From contig DASQAL010000254.1 in NCBI GenBank assembly GCA_035635775.1, positions 13,035 to 77,034 of the forward strand: a stretch of DNA of 64,000 bases. The letters are read 5' to 3'. How positions within the stretch are numbered: position 1 is the stretch's first letter; every line of letters begins with the position of its first letter. The notes below the pieces were generated by a model. It ran no database searches, was not told the DNA's origin, and was given only the letters and a program-made list of their open reading frames with translations. Both the position numbers and the translations under genes were made by a program. This DNA is from Candidatus Acidiferrum sp. Lineage in GTDB: Bacteria; Methylomirabilota; Methylomirabilia; Rokubacteriales; CSP1-6. Shown here one piece after another: positions 59,684 to 64,000 of this stretch.

Positions 59684-60322
59684 GTGACCGCGCTCGTGTA
59701 TTCGCCCCCCGAGCCGTCGCGGCGCGCGGCCACCCTGATCCTGGCCCACGGCGCGGGGGCCCCGCAGTCGAGCGCCTTCATGGTGGACTTCGCCCGGGGG
59801 CTCGCCCGGCGCGGCTGCCAGGCCGTCACCTTCAACTTCCCCTACACCGAGCAGGGCCGGCGCCTGCCCGATCGGGCCCCCACGCTCGAGGCCTGCTTCC
59901 GCGACGTCATCGCGGCCATCCGCGCCCGGGCCGATCTCGGGACCGGCCCGCTCGTGATCGGCGGCAAGTCGATGGGCGGTCGCATCGCCTCTCACCTGGC
60001 CGCCCAGGGCCTCGCGGACCTCGCCGGCCTCGTCGCCCTGGGCTATCCGCTTCACCCGCCGGGCCGGCCGGAGCAGCTTCGCGCCCTACACCTGGCGCGG
60101 ATCCGGCAGCCGATGCTGATCGTGCAGGGCTCGCGCGACGCCTTCGGCACGCCCGAGGAGCTGCGGCCCGTGCTGGGACCCCTCGGCGCGACGGCGACGC
60201 TCCACGTCGTCGAGGGCGGCGATCACTCGTTCAAGGTCCCGAAGCGCGGCCCGATCACGCAGGAGGAGGTCTTCGAGCGGGTGCAGGACGAGATCGCCCG
60301 CTGGATCGGGCGGCTGTCCTGA
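59684..60322 (+). CDS. alpha/beta-hydrolase fold protein (COG3571-like predicted hydrolase)
   Basis: Nucleophile elbow GGKSMGG, acid/His region GGDHSF; codon at 59684 reads GTG. Confidence 0.65.
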   Translation: MTALVYSPPEPSRRAATLILAHGAGAPQSSAFMVDFARGLARRGCQAVTFNFPYTEQGRRLPDRAPTLEACFRDVIAAIRARADLGTGPLVIGGKSMGGRIASHLAAQGLADLAGLVALGYPLHPPGRPEQLRALHLARIRQPMLIVQGSRDAFGTPEELRPVLGPLGATATLHVVEGGDHSFKVPKRGPITQEEVFERVQDEIARWIGRLS

Positions 60323-60355
60323 CGCCGCGGGCGAGGCGGCGCGGCGGGATCGCGG

Positions 60356-60625
60356 TCAGCGCAGGTCGAGCTCGATCCCGCCCACCGCTCCCGCGACCAC
60401 GTTGTAGAGCCAGGTGGTGAGGAGCGTCACGAGGAAGCCGAGCACCCCGTAGAGCACCGGGAAGATCACCACCGCCGCGACACCCCACATCGCACCCAAG
60501 CCGCCGCCGTCAGGGCGGAAGAGCGCGGCGATCGAGAAGAACGCGCCCATGATGAGTCCGAAGATCGCGTAGAGCACCGCGACCACCTTGGCTGCCGACA
60601 GGGGCCCGATCCGATTGAGCACCAT
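60356..60625 (-). CDS. small hypothetical membrane protein (3 TM), 89 aa
   Basis: Three hydrophobic helices, Gly-rich; no recognisable family. Confidence 0.45.
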   Translation of the reverse strand: MVLNRIGPLSAAKVVAVLYAIFGLIMGAFFSIAALFRPDGGGLGAMWGVAAVVIFPVLYGVLGFLVTLLTTWLYNVVAGAVGGIELDLR

Positions 60626-60663
60626 GCGTGGCCTCCTTCCGGGTTAGAGACGCTTGAGCCGGG

Positions 60664-61401
60664 TTAGAGACGCTTGAGCAGCCATTCGGGCGTCAGGCTG
60701 ATGGCCCAGGAGTTCAGCAGCGTGTAGTAGTTCGTCACGACCAGGATGCCCACGATCACCAGCAGGACCCCCGCCGCGCGCTCCGCCGTCGGGATGAACG
60801 GGCGGTAGCGCTTGAAGAAGCGGAGGAAGCTGCCGAGGGCCACCGAGGAGAGCAGGAACGGCAGCCCGAGGCCGGCCGAGTAGAAGAGCAGGAGCGTCAC
60901 GCCCTGGCCCACCGTCTTGTCATTGCTGGCCAGCGTGAGGATGGAGCCCAGGATCGGCCCCACGCAGGGTGTCCAGCCGATCGCGAAGGTGAGGCCGACC
61001 AGGAAGGAGCCGAACAGCCCGGCGGGCTTGCTCTGGATCTGGAGCTGCTGGGTGCGGCCGAAGATCCCGACGCGCAGGACGCCCGCGATGTAGAGGCCGA
61101 AGACGATGATGAGCGCGCCGCCGCCGATCCGGATCCACTCGCGGTAGTCGAGCAGGAACTGGCCGGCCACGCTGAACGACGCGCCCAGGCTCACGAAGAC
61201 CACGCTGAAGCCCAGGATGAAGGCGAGCGAGTGCACGAGCACGCGGGTGCGGGCCCCCGCGGTCACCTCGTTGGTGAGCCGGTCCACCGACATCCCGGTG
61301 ATGAATGACAGATACGACGGGAAGAGCGGCAGCACGCACGGCGAGAGGAAGGAAAAGAGCCCGGCCGAGAACGCGACGAGGACCCCGAGCGACTCGCTCA
61401 C
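60664..61401 (-). CDS. ccdA: cytochrome c biogenesis / thiol-disulfide transporter CcdA (DsbD beta-domain family)
   Basis: Two conserved Cys in TM1/TM4 (FLSPCVLPLFP, GWTPCVGPILGSIL); GTG start overlapping tlpA stop (GTGA); lower 246 codons of listed 771-aa ORF. Confidence 0.85.
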   Translation of the reverse strand: MSESLGVLVAFSAGLFSFLSPCVLPLFPSYLSFITGMSVDRLTNEVTAGARTRVLVHSLAFILGFSVVFVSLGASFSVAGQFLLDYREWIRIGGGALIIVFGLYIAGVLRVGIFGRTQQLQIQSKPAGLFGSFLVGLTFAIGWTPCVGPILGSILTLASNDKTVGQGVTLLLFYSAGLGLPFLLSSVALGSFLRFFKRYRPFIPTAERAAGVLLVIVGILVVTNYYTLLNSWAISLTPEWLLKRL

Positions 61402-61943
61402 TTCAGCAGCGACTCGACGACCGCGTGGGCCGCCTTGCCGTCCCACTCGCGCGCCCCGTTCGCGAACAGCACCCGCTTGCCCTTCCGGTCGATGAGGAAG
61501 GTGGACGGCACCGCCCAGACTCCGTAACGCTCGCGCACCGTCATCTTGGGATCGAGCCCGATCGGGAACGTGAGCCGGAACTTCTTCACGAACGGGCTCA
61601 CCACGCTCGCGCCTTGCGAGTCGACGGAGACCGCCAGCACCACCAGGCCGCGGCCCTTGTAGGCCTGGTGCAGGCGCTCCATGCTCGGCATCTCCTCCCG
61701 GCACGGCTCGCACCAGGTGGCCCAGAAGTTCAGGAACACCACCTTGCCCTTGAGGTCGACGAGCCGGATGGTGCGATCGTCGGGCGTGCGGAGCTCGAAG
61801 TCGGGCGCGTCCTTGGCCGGCTTTGGGCGGATCAGCGAGAGGGCCGCCACCGGGTCCTCTCCCGCGGCCCCGCCCGGCGCCAGCACCGCGGCAAGGGCGA
61901 GGAGCGCCACGACGACGCGGCTTTTCACGCGGAGAGTATACAC
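61398..61943 (-). CDS. thioredoxin-fold thiol:disulfide oxidoreductase (TlpA/ResA family)
   Basis: Signal peptide and FWATWCEPC redox motif. Confidence 0.88.
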   Translation of the reverse strand: MYTLRVKSRVVVALLALAAVLAPGGAAGEDPVAALSLIRPKPAKDAPDFELRTPDDRTIRLVDLKGKVVFLNFWATWCEPCREEMPSMERLHQAYKGRGLVVLAVSVDSQGASVVSPFVKKFRLTFPIGLDPKMTVRERYGVWAVPSTFLIDRKGKRVLFANGAREWDGKAAHAVVESLLK

Positions 61944-62013
61944 CCCGGGCCGGCGGGCTCCCCGCGGCGGCCCCGTCGGTGGAATCGTCGTTCTGTGGTA
62001 GGGTTATCCACTC

Positions 62014-63198
62014 ATGGCGGCAACGGCATCCCAGGTGGTCACGATCATCGCCGATGACCTGACCGGCGCCTGCGATACGGGCTGCCTCTTCGCGGGGCCG
62101 GGCCCGGTCGGCGTCCTCGCGGCGCCCGCGCTGACCGCCGCCGACTCCTCCGTGATCACGGTCGACACCGAGAGCCGCTCCCTGCCGCCCCGGGAGGCCG
62201 CCGCCGCGATCCACGCCGCCGCGCGGCGCCTGGGCGAGCGGCTCGCCTCGGGCCGCGTGTTCAAGAAGATCGACTCCACCCTGCGCGGCGCCGCCGGCGT
62301 CGAGCTGACCGCGCTGCTCGAGCACGGGCCGCCCTTCACCGGCGCGCTCGTGTGCCCCGCCTTCCCGGCTCAGCGCCGCGTCGTCCGTCATGGCCGTCTC
62401 CTGGTCGACTCCGTTCCGGTCCACGAATCCGCGATCGCCCGTGATCCCGCCTTCCGCGCCGCCACCTCCGACGTGGCGGACCTGCTCGCGGGCGGCGCGC
62501 CGGTGGTCCCGCTCGGGCTCGACGACGTGCGCGCCGGCGCGGAGAAGGTCGCCCATCTGCTCGAACACCACCGCGGCGCCCTCGTGGCCGCCGACGCGGA
62601 GACCGACGCGGACCTCGCGACGCTCGCGGAGGCCGCCCTCCTGGCGCCCGGCACGCTGATCGCCGGCTCGGCCGGTCTCGGGCGCGCGCTGAGCCGCGCG
62701 CTCGGCTGCGCGGCGCCCGCCGTCGCCCTGCCGCCGGGTCGCGCGCGCCTCGTGGTGGTGGGGAGCCGCCATCCGGCGAGCCGCGCCCAGCTCGACGCCC
62801 TGCTCGCCGCGGGGGTGCCGCTCGTCACCGCGGACGCGCGGGGCCACGGCGATCCCGCGCCCGCGGTGGCCGCGCTCGCGGCCGGGCGCGGCGCGCTCGT
62901 GGCCAGCGCGAGCATTCTGGCGGATCGCGAGGCGGTCGCCCGCCACCTGGCTGCCGCGGCCGCGCGGATCCTCGAGCACGCCGCGCCCGACCTCGTCGCG
63001 GTCACCGGCGGCGACACCGCGTACGCGCTGATCCGCGCGCTCCGCCCGCGACGCTTCGATCTCGCCGGCGCCCCCGCCGACGGGCTGGCCCTGGGCCGGC
63101 TCGTCCTGGAGGACGGCCGCTCCCTCTACCTGCTCACCAAGGCGGGCGGGTTCGGCGCCGCCGACCTCCTCGCCACGATCCTGGGAGGAGCCTCGTGA
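62014..63198 (+). CDS. four-carbon acid sugar kinase family protein (OtnK/YgbK-like, DUF1537+DUF1357)
   Basis: N-terminal ITDDLTGA-like motif (VVTIIADDLTGACDTG) and C-terminal nucleotide-binding domain. Confidence 0.7.
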   Translation: MAATASQVVTIIADDLTGACDTGCLFAGPGPVGVLAAPALTAADSSVITVDTESRSLPPREAAAAIHAAARRLGERLASGRVFKKIDSTLRGAAGVELTALLEHGPPFTGALVCPAFPAQRRVVRHGRLLVDSVPVHESAIARDPAFRAATSDVADLLAGGAPVVPLGLDDVRAGAEKVAHLLEHHRGALVAADAETDADLATLAEAALLAPGTLIAGSAGLGRALSRALGCAAPAVALPPGRARLVVVGSRHPASRAQLDALLAAGVPLVTADARGHGDPAPAVAALAAGRGALVASASILADREAVARHLAAAAARILEHAAPDLVAVTGGDTAYALIRALRPRRFDLAGAPADGLALGRLVLEDGRSLYLLTKAGGFGAADLLATILGGAS

Positions 63199-64000
63199 CC
63201 GCCCCTCGCGTGCCCGTGCTCGGCATCACCATGGGCGACCCCGCCGGCGTGGGCCCCGAGATCACCGCCAAGGCGCTGGCGCATCCCGAGGTCACCGCCG
63301 CCTGCCGCCCGGTGGTCATCGGCGACCGGTCGGTGATGGCCGCCACCCTGGCGCTCCTGCGCTCGCCGCTCACCCTGCACGCGGTGAAGTCGGTGGCGGA
63401 GTGTACGTTCGAGCCGGGGCGGCTCGAGTGTCTCGATCTCGCCAACGTGGACTGCGCCGCCCTGCCCAAGTCCACGGTGAGCGCGGAGGCCGGGCGCGCC
63501 GCCTACGCCTACATCGAGACCGGCGTGCGGCTCTGCCAGGCCGGAGCGATCGACGGCATCGTCACCGCGCCCGTCAACAAGGAAGCGCTGGCCGCCGCGG
63601 GCGTCCAGCACTCCGGGCACACCGAGATCCTGGCGCGGCTCACGAATACGAAGGACTTCGCGATGCTCCTGATGGGCAAGGAGCTCAAGGTCATCCACGT
63701 GACCACGCACGTGGCGCTCCGCCGCGTGCCGGACCTGGTGACGCGCGAGCGGGTGGGCCGCGTGATCCGCCTGGCCCAGCAGACCATGACCGGCCTCGGC
63801 CGGCCCCGCGCGCGCATCGCGGTGTGCGGGCTCAACCCGCACGCGGGCGAGGATGGCCTCTTCGGCGACGAGGAGAAGATCCAGATCATCCCGGCCGTCG
63901 AGGACGCGCGGCGCGAGGGGCTCGACGTCCACGGCCCCCTGCCCGCCGACACCCTCTTCTCGCGCGCGCGGGGCGGCGAGTTCGACATCGTGGTCGCGAT
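63195..64000 (+). CDS. PdxA-family NAD-dependent 4-hydroxythreonine-4-phosphate dehydrogenase-like (PdxA/PdxA2/OtnI type); 3' end beyond window
   Basis: GTG start with GGAGGAG SD; LGITMGDPAGVGPEI, HSGHTE, GLNPHAGE metal-binding motifs. Confidence 0.75.
   Translation, partial: MTAPRVPVLGITMGDPAGVGPEITAKALAHPEVTAACRPVVIGDRSVMAATLALLRSPLTLHAVKSVAECTFEPGRLECLDLANVDCAALPKSTVSAEAGRAAYAYIETGVRLCQAGAIDGIVTAPVNKEALAAAGVQHSGHTEILARLTNTKDFAMLLMGKELKVIHVTTHVALRRVPDLVTRERVGRVIRLAQQTMTGLGRPRARIAVCGLNPHAGEDGLFGDEEKIQIIPAVEDARREGLDVHGPLPADTLFSRARGGEFDIVVA

Overview
High-GC (~70%), gene-dense bacterial chromosomal segment, mostly core metabolism, with many 1-4 nt start/stop overlaps (TGATG/ATGA/GTGA) that indicate translational coupling. 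No rRNA, tRNA, CRISPR array or transposase was seen. All gene calls are by recognising conserved protein motifs in the supplied six-frame translations and by reading the nucleotide sequence; nothing was searched or computed. Starts were placed by counting residues inside the supplied ORFs, so coordinates may be off by a few nt.

Gene content, low to high coordinate:
- rseP (N-terminal part) - dxr - cdsA - uppS - frr - pyrH - tsf - rpsB cluster (minus).
- rplM - rpsI - argC - argJ unit behind a near-consensus sigma-70 promoter (minus).
- nth, then a tightly overlapping operon: GT2 polyprenyl-phosphate glycosyltransferase - class-I aminotransferase - HIT - SAM methyltransferase - GT-C/PMT-like membrane glycosyltransferase, headed by an ACT-malic enzyme.
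- yceI and rpoD (plus).
- An acyl-CoA/biotin cluster: F420-type LLM oxidoreductase, DinB-family protein, 71-aa biotinyl protein, acyl-CoA dehydrogenase, enoyl-CoA hydratase, SDR, biotin carboxylase, and two ferritin-like/DUF455 proteins.
- DNA polymerase IV.
- A dual Fe-S cluster assembly locus: cysE-nifU-nifS-like genes plus a complete iscRSUA-hscBA-fdx-iscX operon, separated by a divergent DsrE/F/H (TusDCB)-like trio.
- A GalT-like HIT protein and an isolated prepilin gene.
- A MoxR - DUF58 - giant BatA/vWA operon.
- GT4 glycosyltransferase and an orphan zf-HC2 anti-sigma factor.
- lysR - selD - fmdB - pup - dcd - thrB.
- pdhA - pdhB - E2 - lpd operon.
- ccdA - tlpA.
- An OtnK-like kinase and a PdxA-family pair (partial at the window end).

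Most notable observations: (1) two genes carry in-frame TGA at conserved Cys positions followed by hairpins - a glutaredoxin-like UxxC protein and a Sec-containing SelD - so the organism decodes selenocysteine; (2) an orphan pup gene ending in GGQ with no Dop/PafA/proteasome nearby; (3) a DsrEFH-like sulfur-relay trio embedded between two cysteine-desulfurase systems; (4) two families of short palindromic intergenic repeats.
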